Below are positions 30,821 to 40,969 of a DNA stretch of 64,000 bases, one piece after another. How positions within the stretch are numbered: the first letter of the stretch is position 1; each line of letters opens with the position of its first letter. Position numbers and translations under genes: made by a program. Where the stretch lies: positions 46,040 through 110,039 of the forward strand of contig JAHPZE010000014.1 in NCBI GenBank assembly GCA_019058365.1. Direction: 5' to 3'. The stretch is from Promethearchaeota archaeon (GTDB lineage: Archaea > Asgardarchaeota > Lokiarchaeia > Sigyniarchaeales > SOKP01). The notes under the pieces are model-generated. The model made no database searches. It was given only the letters and a program-made list of their open reading frames with translations, and was not told the origin of the DNA.

Positions 30821-31923
30821 TAGATCTCCACACCATTACTTGTTTTTATTTTAAATGCTTCTCCCTCGACTTTTTCGATTGATTCAACAAGCAGATCTTC
30901 ATTATTAGGGAAAAGCGCAAACATTGTACCACCAAAGCCAGAACCATTAATTTTTGCTCCTATAGCACCAATTTCTAAGCAATTTGATATCATTTTCTCA
31001 ATTTTATTTGTTGATACTTCAATATTCTTTTTTAATTGATAATGATGTTTATTTAATAAATTACCCAATTTAATATAGAAATCGTTTTTAGACTTATTAT
31101 TTTTATATTTTTCATCAAAAAAGCTATTAAAAATTAAATTTTTTGCTTTAATAGTTATGTCACGATTTTTAATATTTCCAATAATTTTTTTCTGATATTC
31201 TTTTTTAAGATTAGGTAAAAATTTCTTTACTTCTTCTAATGTTGTGAAGTTTTGGTTAAATTTTGGCATGATTTTTTTTATTTCCATAAAGGCTTTTTTT
31301 GCAGTGTCTTTAACTCTAAATAGATCTTCCACAGTTTCTTTTTTTTCTAATGAATTTCCCAACACAAAACCGTCAAGTTTAATATTTTTATTAATTACCT
31401 TAGGTCTATTTTGCTTTGGTTCTAAATATATTAAATTTCCATAAACAGAAGTAAAATGGTCCATCATTCCTCCCGCTTCATTAAATTCTTTTACTTCTGT
31501 ATCATATCCCATTAATGATAACTGAAATTTATTTATTCTTTTACGATTCCTGCTGATTAAATTAAGGAAAAATAACCAAGCTATAACCAATGCTGAGGAA
31601 CTGGCAGCTCCAGCATTAATTGGGATGTCTCCCGTAATTTTAATATTATACCCACTTTGAAATTTGAAACCTTTTCGTAAATATTGATTATAAGCACTCC
31701 TAAGGTAATCTCTTTTTGATAAATATTCCAATTCTTTATTATTTAATTTGATTTCAAAACGCTCATTTAAATCTGAAAGTTCTATTGATAGATATGGATA
31801 GGATATCTTTTTTGCTTCTAAATATACATATTTCGATATTGCCATAGCAATTACAGGATAATTTAAATAATCTTGATGCTCACCAAATAAATTAATCCGG
31901 CCAGGAGCTCGTATACGAATCAT
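30817..31923 (-). CDS. GHMP-family sugar kinase (galactokinase-like)
   Basis: APGRINLFGEHQDY, PINAGAASSSA, GAKINGSGFGG; 4-nt overlap with the downstream gene. Confidence 0.88.
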   Translation of the reverse strand: MIRIRAPGRINLFGEHQDYLNYPVIAMAISKYVYLEAKKISYPYLSIELSDLNERFEIKLNNKELEYLSKRDYLRSAYNQYLRKGFKFQSGYNIKITGDIPINAGAASSSALVIAWLFFLNLISRNRKRINKFQLSLMGYDTEVKEFNEAGGMMDHFTSVYGNLIYLEPKQNRPKVINKNIKLDGFVLGNSLEKKETVEDLFRVKDTAKKAFMEIKKIMPKFNQNFTTLEEVKKFLPNLKKEYQKKIIGNIKNRDITIKAKNLIFNSFFDEKYKNNKSKNDFYIKLGNLLNKHHYQLKKNIEVSTNKIEKMISNCLEIGAIGAKINGSGFGGTMFALFPNNEDLLVESIEKVEGEAFKIKTSNGVEIY

Positions 31924-32058
31924 TATATAATGAATATTTATATTACACTGATATCACAGATGTATTATAATTCTTTTTTTTTCCAATTACGTAGATATTA
32001 TTGAATTATAAAATAACTAATAATTATTTTTAAAAAAACATGATATAAATTCCTGAGA

Positions 32059-32808
32059 TTGATGATTTGCGACGTTATAATAATTAAAGATGGATTACCT
32101 TTATTCTCTAAGAATTTTTCTAATTCAAACATTAATCATCTTCTGTCTCAAGAAGACAATCTCATTATGATATCTGGGTTTTTTTCAGCATTGAATTCTT
32201 TTTCAGATTCATTTGAGGAAATGGGAACAATATCTGAGTTGAAATTATCAAACAATAATCTGAAATTATCTTTCTTAAAAGATTTAAATATCCCAGATTT
32301 AATCTATCTTGCTACTTATGACAAAAAATCGGAATTAATGAAAGTTCAACAATTTTTAAAAAAAATCTCTGAACATTTTTTAAAAGAGTTCAGTATTGAT
32401 CAAATTATAAACTGGAATGGAAGGTTAGATTATTTTGCGCCTTTTGAAATTGTTGTTAAAAAATTTCTTGACGAAGAAAATAGAAAGATTGAGGAACAAG
32501 CTAATAATAAAATTTTCGAATTTTTTAATAGTTTTGTAGAAGAGGAGAAAACGCCATTAGAATCAAAAGAGGAGATTAATTATGTTGAAGAGATTCCAGA
32601 ATATTATGATTATATTCCAATCTTCACTACTTCAAAAAAAATTAATCCTAAGTATTATCTAACGGGGGATACATCATTTGTAGTCTATAAACAAATAAAT
32701 GGAAAAAAAACAATTAATCAGATATCCATAGAACTAAATATTGCTCAAAAGCAAGTTTATAATGTTTGTAAAAATCTCATTAAATTCGGGTTTATATCCT
32801 TTAATTAA
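32059..32808 (+). CDS. Longin-like domain protein with C-terminal winged helix
   Basis: IIIKDGLPLFSKNF...ISGFFSALNSF (longin); INGKKTINQISIELN...KNLIKFGFI (wHTH). Confidence 0.7.
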   Translation: MMICDVIIIKDGLPLFSKNFSNSNINHLLSQEDNLIMISGFFSALNSFSDSFEEMGTISELKLSNNNLKLSFLKDLNIPDLIYLATYDKKSELMKVQQFLKKISEHFLKEFSIDQIINWNGRLDYFAPFEIVVKKFLDEENRKIEEQANNKIFEFFNSFVEEEKTPLESKEEINYVEEIPEYYDYIPIFTTSKKINPKYYLTGDTSFVVYKQINGKKTINQISIELNIAQKQVYNVCKNLIKFGFISFN

Positions 32809-32976
32809 AAATTTTCATTTAAGATTTTTTAACCACAAAATTTGTTTTGAATGTTATGTTACCGCATCATCACAACTTATTCTTTAAAAGAGTATAAATA
32901 ATAGTATAATTTTATTAAATTTGAGTTAAGCGAGAACAACATGAAAATTTTTAGAGAAGTTTTCATACCAACGGAA

Positions 32977-33282
32977 TTATTTTTGTTTTCTTTTTTGTTG
33001 TAATTTTTTTTTCTTGCGCACTTCTTCATGAAGTTCTTCTTCTAATCCATATAATTGTGAATCTGGTTTACCTTGTAATTTAAATTGCCCAAATATTTTG
33101 CTTTCTTCCCTTTCTCCCGTTTTTGATATTTTTTCAAAAGATAATTCAATTGGTAAATCTTGTTTTAAAGCTAAATTTATAAAGTTTATAAAACCAATAT
33201 GTTTACTTGGTGGGATACTTAATTTTAATGTTATTTCTTTTTTTTTCTTCGTATTTGTTTTCAAAATCAAACGTAATTTCAA
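32977..33282 (-). CDS. Small basic hypothetical protein
   Basis: 101-aa ORF. Confidence 0.55.
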   Translation of the reverse strand: MKLRLILKTNTKKKKEITLKLSIPPSKHIGFINFINLALKQDLPIELSFEKISKTGEREESKIFGQFKLQGKPDSQLYGLEEELHEEVRKKKKLQQKRKQK

Positions 33283-33414
33283 GAGTTTTCAATCTTCCTA
33301 TTGAATGATGAGTTAATTATATATTTAAAACAATCAAAATAAAAAAATTATCCTATATTAATATGCAAAAAATATTATATTAAAATTATAAAAATAGTAT
33401 AATAAAGATTAGAT

Positions 33415-34035
33415 ATGCCCTCTAAATATCGGTTAAGATATTTATTTAAACCATTAATAACAATTTTGGCTAAAGGTTTAAGTAAAATTGGTATAACTCC
33501 AAATTTAGCTACAATTTTTATGCTTTGTTTTGCGTTTATGAGTTTTATATACATAGCATTTTTTCGAAATCTTTTAGTATTTTCCATTTTAGTTTTTACA
33601 ACAGGGATTATGGATGGATGCGATGGTGCTATCGCTAGATTGACTCAAAGATCAAGTAAGTTTGGTGCATTTTTTGATTCTGTGATGGATAGAATATCAG
33701 AATTTTTAATATTTTTGGGGCTTATTATTTTTAATTGGAATAATTTTTTATGGGATTATATCGATATGAAACTTATTTTACTTATTTCATATGTAGTTTC
33801 TTTTATGATCAGTTATTGTAGAGCAAGAGCGGAAGTTTTTTTCAAAGGAGATTTTGACATAGGTTTGATGGCTAGATCTGAAAGATTATTTTATATTTTT
33901 ATAACAATGCTATTCGCTTTTTTCTATGGTTTTACTGCTGAATTCTTATTTATTTATATGTGGCTTGTAATAGGCACATTTCTTTATAGATCCAAAAAAA
34001 TTTCCCTTCAAATTAAAAAAATAGAAAATGAATAG
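33415..34035 (+). CDS. CDP-alcohol phosphatidyltransferase (archaetidylinositol phosphate synthase-like)
   Basis: TPNLAT, DGCDGAIAR...FGAFFDSVMDRISE, SYCRARAE, RSER. Confidence 0.9.
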   Translation: MPSKYRLRYLFKPLITILAKGLSKIGITPNLATIFMLCFAFMSFIYIAFFRNLLVFSILVFTTGIMDGCDGAIARLTQRSSKFGAFFDSVMDRISEFLIFLGLIIFNWNNFLWDYIDMKLILLISYVVSFMISYCRARAEVFFKGDFDIGLMARSERLFYIFITMLFAFFYGFTAEFLFIYMWLVIGTFLYRSKKISLQIKKIENE

Positions 34036-34053
34036 AGAAAGTGCAGTATACCA

Positions 34054-34776
34054 TTAACTCTTTTTTATCAATTCAATTCTAACACGAACACCATCTTTTA
34101 ATTTAAGTATATCTCTTAAATAAGGTTCTGCTAAAATTTCTACTATATTTTTCTTATGGTGTGTTCTTTTAATCTTCAAAATTGCACCATTTATTTTTTT
34201 TGTTTGATCATCTAAACGAGATACAATACAATCATAACACTCTACAGAACCGTATTTCCGTTTAATATATCCCTCTTCTTCCTTCTCAAATCCTTGAATT
34301 ATAAAGGGTATTCGATTTTTTAAGTTTTCTTCCAATAATTCTTTATTAAGATCACTTAACTGAATATTTAATGTTCCAAAATAAGGTTTAAATCCTAATT
34401 TTTCTCTAAATTGATCATAGTACTCCTTAATTCTAACATAATAACCTCCTTCTCCCATTCCTTCAGTGACTTCTCCCACAATTAATATCTCTTCTAAAAT
34501 TTGTTTTAAATCTTTATACATTGCAAGCATAACATCAGCACCTTTCTTTGTAATTCTTATAATCTGATCTTTCCCTGTAATCTTTCTTTGTATCCAACCT
34601 ATATCTTCTAATTGATTTATTCTTCTTGAAGCTGTTTGTTGAGATAAATTGAGTATTTTCCCAAATTCAACACTACTAATATGGATAGCTTTTCGACTAC
34701 CAATATTTTGGCAAAGATGATAAAGTGCAAACCAATTTGCATAATTTTCTGAAGAAATTTCTTCTTTATCCTCCAT
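34054..34776 (-). CDS. ribK: CTP-dependent riboflavin kinase with N-terminal HTH (RbkR-type)
   Basis: SQQTASRRI HTH; GEVTEGMGEGGYY, PYFGTLN, RTHH, YLRDILKLKDG; ATG 34776 preferred over the track start. Confidence 0.9.
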   Translation of the reverse strand: MEDKEEISSENYANWFALYHLCQNIGSRKAIHISSVEFGKILNLSQQTASRRINQLEDIGWIQRKITGKDQIIRITKKGADVMLAMYKDLKQILEEILIVGEVTEGMGEGGYYVRIKEYYDQFREKLGFKPYFGTLNIQLSDLNKELLEENLKNRIPFIIQGFEKEEEGYIKRKYGSVECYDCIVSRLDDQTKKINGAILKIKRTHHKKNIVEILAEPYLRDILKLKDGVRVRIELIKKS

Positions 34777-35242
34777 TATCACGATTGATTTGGTTTTTTT
34801 TTTTACATTTTTCAATTATTTTTTGTTTTATTAAACTTGAACTATGTAATTTGTATTTATCATAATAAGTTTCTAGTCTCTTAACCTCAATGTGATCTAA
34901 ATTTTTTTTTCTAAGCTTTTTTTTAAGAATTTCAATACTATATTTCTGATCAGGTCCCAATAGAATTATGTCTGGATTAATTTCTTCAACTGTTTTAAGC
35001 GTATCATTATCGCTTCTTCCTAATCTAGCATCTGTTACATTTCTAAAGTTCTTGATAATTTCTAATCTTTGTTCCTGGGTAATAATAGGTTGTTCCCCTG
35101 AGAATATCTCACGGTTTTTATCAGTAGCAACAACAACATATACGTTTCCTAATTTTGCAGCTTCATTAATTAGATAAATGTGACCTGCGTGAATAAGATC
35201 AAACGTTCCAGCTATCATAATCCTCTTCTTTTCTTTATTCAT
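34766..35242 (-). CDS. ribL: Archaeal FAD synthase
   Basis: GTFDLIHAGH, PDIILLGPDQ, SSSLIK; adjacent to ribK; ATG 35242 preferred. Confidence 0.85.
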   Translation of the reverse strand: MNKEKKRIMIAGTFDLIHAGHIYLINEAAKLGNVYVVVATDKNREIFSGEQPIITQEQRLEIIKNFRNVTDARLGRSDNDTLKTVEEINPDIILLGPDQKYSIEILKKKLRKKNLDHIEVKRLETYYDKYKLHSSSLIKQKIIEKCKKKNQINRDNGG

Positions 35243-35285
35243 CTTTTTCTGCTCACATATCCATTTCAGATAAATAATGTTATAA

Positions 35286-35897
35286 TTACATCTTGTTGTC
35301 AAAACATCTCTTCAAATCATCCATTTGGATTGCTAGTGATATATCTCCTCTTGTTTTTTCGATTATATTTCTAGCAACATCTACTTTATGTCTTAAATCT
35401 TGAGTTACACCAGATGGATAATCAAAGGTGAATAAATAAGTGTAGATCTCATCCATCTTTTCTAATATCAAATTTAAATCTTCAACATGAGAATTTCTAA
35501 TATTATCTAAAGCATATCTCCGCAATTCTCCAATTACATCTGCTAATCCTAGTAGAAAATTTAAAGGATTAATATTTAATTCCAAAGGCGATGGAATCTC
35601 TTTTTTACTAATAATTGAATAAAAAGCAATTGATTCAACATATTCTTGCTCAGGTGTTGTTAAATATTTAAAAAATATACCAGGATTTTTGTTAACTATT
35701 TCGATTAAATTCTTATGGTTAATCTTAATCTGGTTTAATCTTTCATGAAATTTATCAAATTCTTTTCTATGAACATTTTTTATAGCTATACTGCAATCTC
35801 TAATTACATCGCGAGACAATTTTAAAATTTCTTCTCTATCTTGATATAATATATCTAATAACTCAGTTATTTCTGAAAAAGCTTTTTTAAGATTCAT
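35286..35897 (-). CDS. Translin/TRAX (C3PO)-family protein
   Basis: REEILKLSRDV, QEYVES, GLADVIGELRR, LRHKVD. Confidence 0.85.
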   Translation of the reverse strand: MNLKKAFSEITELLDILYQDREEILKLSRDVIRDCSIAIKNVHRKEFDKFHERLNQIKINHKNLIEIVNKNPGIFFKYLTTPEQEYVESIAFYSIISKKEIPSPLELNINPLNFLLGLADVIGELRRYALDNIRNSHVEDLNLILEKMDEIYTYLFTFDYPSGVTQDLRHKVDVARNIIEKTRGDISLAIQMDDLKRCFDNKM

Positions 35898-36022
35898 TAT
35901 AATAAAACTAAAATTTAGTAATAATTAATTTGAATTTTGAATATAATTAAATATCAAAAGTAAGAAAAATATTTAGAATTTATTATAATGTATTACCTAC
36001 AAGACTAGAATAAGGGATCATT

Positions 36023-38083
36023 ATGAAAATCTTATTAATTCACTCTCAAGATGTAGAAGTTGTTAAGAATAAAGAAGCAACGAGTACTCCTCAAGAGTAC
36101 GCTGAGGATGTGATAAAAATGAAGGGTTTAATTCTTGTTTGTTTTGTCTCTGTTGAGGATCAGGACACATATGATACAGATCTAATTGCTAGACAAGGCG
36201 CAGAAGAAATTGAGAACGCAATATTACAAATTACCGGATTTCCAGAAAAATTAAGACAAAAAAACGAAGAAATTAGAGATTTTAACCAAAAAATTGAAAA
36301 GGGTGAAATTAAGGGAAAAACAAGAAAAGTTTTAGAACTTATTGAAGATCGTAGTAATTATCATGTTGATAAGGTTTTAGTTTATCCATGGGCACATTTA
36401 AGTAAATTTCTTAGTAATGATCAAAATGCTAAGGAAGTTTGTCCAAAAATAGCTAAGAATTTAGAAGAGAGAGGTATTGAAGCAAAATTTTCTCCATTTG
36501 GATGGTATAAATCATTTAAAATCAACTGTTTGGGTCATGAAGTAGCAGAAATGTATAGAGATGTTAAACTAGCTATAAAACCTGAAGAACAAGTTAAAAA
36601 TTCAGTATTTAAAATAATTACACCTTCGGGAGAAGAACTCATTCTAAATTTTGATGAAAACCAAAGGATTATATTACCAAAGGAGATTAAAGACAAAGAA
36701 TTTCATACATTTCTAAATTCTGAATTAGGCTCAAGACTGATGGAGAGAGCAATTGAACCCGCTCATATAAAAGTTATGAAGGAATTTGAATTATTAGATT
36801 TTGATCCTAACACTGATGCAGGGAACTTCAGATGGTATACAAAAGGAATCATTATGAAGAATCTCATAAAAAATTATATAGAAGATAGACTCATAGATTA
36901 TGGGGCGATTCTTGTTGATACACCTGTTATGTATACTGTTAAAAATAAGAAACTGACAGCACAAACCGCTCGGTTTCCCGCAAGGAGTTATTGGGTTGAA
37001 TCTGGAAGTGATAGATATCTCTTAAGATATGCATGCGATTTCCTTCTATTCGATTTATTTTCTCAAATGAATTTGAAGCCACATTATTTTCCTTTAAGAG
37101 CTTATGAATATGAGCAGTACGCGTTTAGACGTGAATTAGAAGGTGAATTAAGCGGTTTAAGAAGACTGCGAGCTTTTATTATGCCTGATATGCATACGAT
37201 GTGTAAAGATATTGAATCTTCTATCGATGAATTTAAAAATCAATATAAATTAATTAAGAGTCTTGAGAAGGATTTAGGAATAAAAACTTATGTTATATTC
37301 AGAGTTACTCAGGAATTTTATAAGGAAAACAAGAATTGGATAATTGATTTAATCAGATCAGAACAGCATCCAGCATTATTAGAACTATGGGAAGATAGAT
37401 ATTATTATTATATATTGAAATTTGAAAGAAATGTTCTTTCAGCACACGGTAAGAGTGCGACATTAGCGACTAACCAAATAGATGTAGAGAGTTCCTTAGA
37501 ATATATGTTCGATAATGATGGTATTAAAAGGCAGAAATACAATATTTCTTTTATAGATAATGATGGTCAAGTGAAACATCCGATAATTCTTCATAATTCT
37601 CCAACTGGTGCTATAGAAAGAGTTTTATGGGGTTTAATCGAATCTGCTATTCGAAATAAAGATACACTTGTTCCAGGATTTAAAACTTGGTTATCTCCAA
37701 TACAAGTACGGATAATGACTGTTAGTGATGAACAAAACGAATATGCTGAAAAGTTACTTAATATCATCAATGGGGAAGAATTTAGAGCCGATTTCGATGA
37801 TCGAGAAGAAACTGTAGGAAAGAAAATAAGACAATCTGAAATTGAGTGGATACCATATACAATAATTATTGGAAAAAAAGAACAAGAAAATCAAACGATT
37901 TCTATAAGAAAAAGATTAATAAGTAAACCATTTGGTCCTAAAAATCAAACTTCTGAACAATTCAATGATATAAAATTAGATAAACTGTTTGAAATGCTTG
38001 AAGCTGATACAAGAAATTTTCCAAAATATAAACTGCCAAAACCATTTAGGAAAATGTCAACTAGAATTTATTTTAGACGCTAA
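36023..38083 (+). CDS. thrS: Threonine--tRNA ligase (archaeal, with N-terminal editing domain)
   Basis: MKILLIH, YPWAHLS, PFGWYKSFKINCLGH, FRRE..GELSGLRRLRAF, WLSPIQVR. Confidence 0.95.
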   Translation: MKILLIHSQDVEVVKNKEATSTPQEYAEDVIKMKGLILVCFVSVEDQDTYDTDLIARQGAEEIENAILQITGFPEKLRQKNEEIRDFNQKIEKGEIKGKTRKVLELIEDRSNYHVDKVLVYPWAHLSKFLSNDQNAKEVCPKIAKNLEERGIEAKFSPFGWYKSFKINCLGHEVAEMYRDVKLAIKPEEQVKNSVFKIITPSGEELILNFDENQRIILPKEIKDKEFHTFLNSELGSRLMERAIEPAHIKVMKEFELLDFDPNTDAGNFRWYTKGIIMKNLIKNYIEDRLIDYGAILVDTPVMYTVKNKKLTAQTARFPARSYWVESGSDRYLLRYACDFLLFDLFSQMNLKPHYFPLRAYEYEQYAFRRELEGELSGLRRLRAFIMPDMHTMCKDIESSIDEFKNQYKLIKSLEKDLGIKTYVIFRVTQEFYKENKNWIIDLIRSEQHPALLELWEDRYYYYILKFERNVLSAHGKSATLATNQIDVESSLEYMFDNDGIKRQKYNISFIDNDGQVKHPIILHNSPTGAIERVLWGLIESAIRNKDTLVPGFKTWLSPIQVRIMTVSDEQNEYAEKLLNIINGEEFRADFDDREETVGKKIRQSEIEWIPYTIIIGKKEQENQTISIRKRLISKPFGPKNQTSEQFNDIKLDKLFEMLEADTRNFPKYKLPKPFRKMSTRIYFRR

Positions 38084-38160
38084 GAATAAATTTAATTTCT
38101 ATTAAATAAAATATTTATTCAATCTGTTATTTAAAGCATCATGCACAAGAAATCGCAATC

Positions 38161-38775
38161 ATGATAAAAGCTATTATTTTTGATTTAGGGGGAGTGGTTG
38201 TAGACTTAGATTTTTCAAATTTTTATAATAGGATCATAACTCAATCTCCTCTAAATAAGCCCCAAACCCCAATAATGTTAGAATTTTTTAGACAGTCTGA
38301 CATATATCATCAAGGAAATATGACTGATGATGAATTTTATCAACTTGCATGTGATCTACTCCAAGTTTGCATGGTAGATCAATCTGAATTTTTTAAAGCA
38401 TTCAATAGTATAATATCTGACATTAATTTAGACGTAATAAAAATAATCAAGAAAATACGAGATAGTAAAAAATTTAAATTAATCGCCTTATCCAATGTGA
38501 ATTCCAGTCATTGGGATTTCATATTAAAAAAAAAATGGGATTTTTTGCATTATTTTGATGAATTAATACTTTCACATGAAATTCATTTGATTAAACCTGA
38601 TCCTAAAACGTTTGAATATGCTATTCAAAAAGCTGGTTGTAAACCGGAACAAATAGTTTTTATAGATGATGGGCTAAATAATATACGTTCTGCTAAACAA
38701 TTAGGAATTATTGCTATTAAATATACTAACACAAATGAACTAATTGCTGAACTTAAGAAATTAAAAATTATTTAA
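38161..38775 (+). CDS. HAD-family phosphatase (YihX-like)
   Basis: FDLGGV, LSN, KPDP, FIDD. Confidence 0.88.
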   Translation: MIKAIIFDLGGVVVDLDFSNFYNRIITQSPLNKPQTPIMLEFFRQSDIYHQGNMTDDEFYQLACDLLQVCMVDQSEFFKAFNSIISDINLDVIKIIKKIRDSKKFKLIALSNVNSSHWDFILKKKWDFLHYFDELILSHEIHLIKPDPKTFEYAIQKAGCKPEQIVFIDDGLNNIRSAKQLGIIAIKYTNTNELIAELKKLKII

Positions 38776-38799
38776 ATTAAGGAGGGTTTACTTATAGCT

Positions 38800-39321
38800 C
38801 TATTTACCAATATCCTCAATACAAGCTTTTGCTATTTTTTCAAAAGCTAATTCTACATTTTGGCCTGTTTTTGCTGAGGTCTCTAAATAGTCGCAATTCA
38901 ATCTCTTAGCTAAATCTTCTGCTTCTGACTTATCTACTTCTCTTTCTAAATCAACTTTATTCCCCAAAAGGATCATAGGTATGGTTTTTTTAACTGTTTT
39001 CTTAATAGAGCTGATCCAACCAGGGATTTTTAAAAGGCTTTGGTTAGAAGATAAATCAAAAACACCAAGTGCTGCATTACTCCCTTTAAAATATATAGTT
39101 CTTAACTTATGAAATTGTGGTTGTCCTCCTATATCCCAAAGAAGAAGTCGCACAGTCTTTCCTTCGAGGGCTACATCTTTAATTAAGAAATTGCTACCTA
39201 TAGTTTTTTTTAAATCATCACTAAAATATTCTTTTATGTATCGTAATAAAAGAGATGTTTTACCCACTCCACCAGGACCAAAGAGGGTTATCTTAAATTT
39301 AAATTGAGTTTCTGAGCTCAT
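38800..39321 (-). CDS. Rab-like small GTPase
   Basis: GPGGVGKTS, TIG, WDIGGQ, GNKVD, ETSAKTG. Confidence 0.92.
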   Translation of the reverse strand: MSSETQFKFKITLFGPGGVGKTSLLLRYIKEYFSDDLKKTIGSNFLIKDVALEGKTVRLLLWDIGGQPQFHKLRTIYFKGSNAALGVFDLSSNQSLLKIPGWISSIKKTVKKTIPMILLGNKVDLEREVDKSEAEDLAKRLNCDYLETSAKTGQNVELAFEKIAKACIEDIGK

Positions 39322-39523
39322 AATTAATTTCCTCGTATAAATTCAATATATAGTGTATCTTTTTATTTTTTAGCTAATAAAGTTTTTTATGATTTAAATT
39401 TGCTATAATGAATTTTATTAATAATTAATTCATCGCTTATTATTTCATATTATCTTTTAAAGATATTTATATCTTTATAATATAGCTTTATCATTTTTTA
39501 AGTTCCTCTAAACGAGACTACTT

Positions 39524-40804
39524 TCATGATTTTTTCTTTTTTTTCCCCAAATTCCCAACTTTACGCATAAGCCATTCAGGCGAACCAACACCATCAAAAT
39601 ATTTCAACCAAACATACATAAGTAACCCTAGAAAGCCACAATATCCAACCCAAACAATAGGTAAAAAAATTATTGAAAACTCGCCAGTATATAAGGGAAG
39701 AAATGCATATTGAATTAGAAAGAGCGAGAGGCTTGTCTTTCCGTAAAATAAAACTAACCTTATGACATCATTCATTTTCTTTTTTATATCAATAATATAA
39801 AAGCATATTGCGATAAGTAAAAATGCAACACCTAAATTGTAGAACATATTTTGAGCGGTGCATCTAACCATAAAAATTGGCATTCCGTTAAAGTGAGCAT
39901 AATTTTGCTGATTAGCGATAGCTAATAACTCAATATGTAAATATTCTGATTTTACAATAACTCCTGGAGATGGTTGAGTTCCAGGAATTACTCTTGCCAA
40001 CCCAGTTTCCCAGATGTTGAAAGCAACTCCCCTCGGAACAATTAAGAATATTCCTAATAATACAAATACAATCCCATAAATGGAAAATATTCGAAATAAT
40101 TTATAATAAGCTTCTTTGGTCCCTTTTATCATTGCATCGTATAGAAACTCGCCAAATATTGTAGACATGAAACAAACTGCTAAGTATGGAAAAATTGGTA
40201 CTTGAGGAAGAGGAGAAGTTATAATAAAATGAAATATAATTACCAATAGGTTTCCTGCTTCTTTGCCCTCATATAGAATGTCACGAATCCAAGGAGAGAA
40301 GTAGATAATTAAAAGACCGATTACTGCTCTCCACTGCTTGCTAAATTTTATTGCATAATAAGAGATAATCTGAGAGAATCCAATAAACATGAGTATATTC
40401 CAACCCCATAAATTTGCAGGGAAAGGAACTGCATCACCTTCTGTTAATAAAGAGACTGGATTGAATAGCACTCCTATAATCATAATCACAACTCCTCTTG
40501 TCAAAATCCCGTTACGAATTGCTTTTTCTGACATCTTGCCTTTTTTTCTTTTATAACTGAAAACGACACTAAGTGCTGAAAGAAATACAAATAAAGAAGG
40601 CCCAAGAACATCTAAAAATGCAAAAACAAGTCCATATACATATTTCCAATCACGATCAAACCAACTGAGACCTGCATGAGCTAAAATTATCCAAACTATT
40701 GCAAATCCTTTGACGTAGTCTATTGAAGCAATACGTTTCGATGTATCATTTTTGATATCATTATTGAATTCTTCCTCTATTGTTGTAGACATTCTCGATC
40801 CCAC
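39524..40804 (-). CDS. HGSNAT/DUF1624-like membrane acyltransferase
   Basis: RIASIDYVKGFAIVWIILAH, PSLFVFLS, WNIL, PIFPY; multi-TM. Confidence 0.75.
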   Translation of the reverse strand: MGSRMSTTIEEEFNNDIKNDTSKRIASIDYVKGFAIVWIILAHAGLSWFDRDWKYVYGLVFAFLDVLGPSLFVFLSALSVVFSYKRKKGKMSEKAIRNGILTRGVVIMIIGVLFNPVSLLTEGDAVPFPANLWGWNILMFIGFSQIISYYAIKFSKQWRAVIGLLIIYFSPWIRDILYEGKEAGNLLVIIFHFIITSPLPQVPIFPYLAVCFMSTIFGEFLYDAMIKGTKEAYYKLFRIFSIYGIVFVLLGIFLIVPRGVAFNIWETGLARVIPGTQPSPGVIVKSEYLHIELLAIANQQNYAHFNGMPIFMVRCTAQNMFYNLGVAFLLIAICFYIIDIKKKMNDVIRLVLFYGKTSLSLFLIQYAFLPLYTGEFSIIFLPIVWVGYCGFLGLLMYVWLKYFDGVGSPEWLMRKVGNLGKKKKKS

Positions 40805-40969
40805 TCAATTTATCGAATAAATAAGAAACAAGATAATTTCCTAAGTAAAATTTTGGTATTATTATTATTATTGAACATTTATACTATTTAAAACCTTTTT
40901 GTTATCATTATAGTTAGTACAACTTAAGAAGGAAAAGCTCTATTTTTGAAAAACGATTTTATAAATCTG

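Noticed and set aside
32941-32966. SECIS-like hairpin (ATGAAAA...TTTTCAT)
   Set aside because: AUGA is Watson-Crick paired rather than facing GA, and no neighbouring gene shows a plausible in-frame Sec TGA
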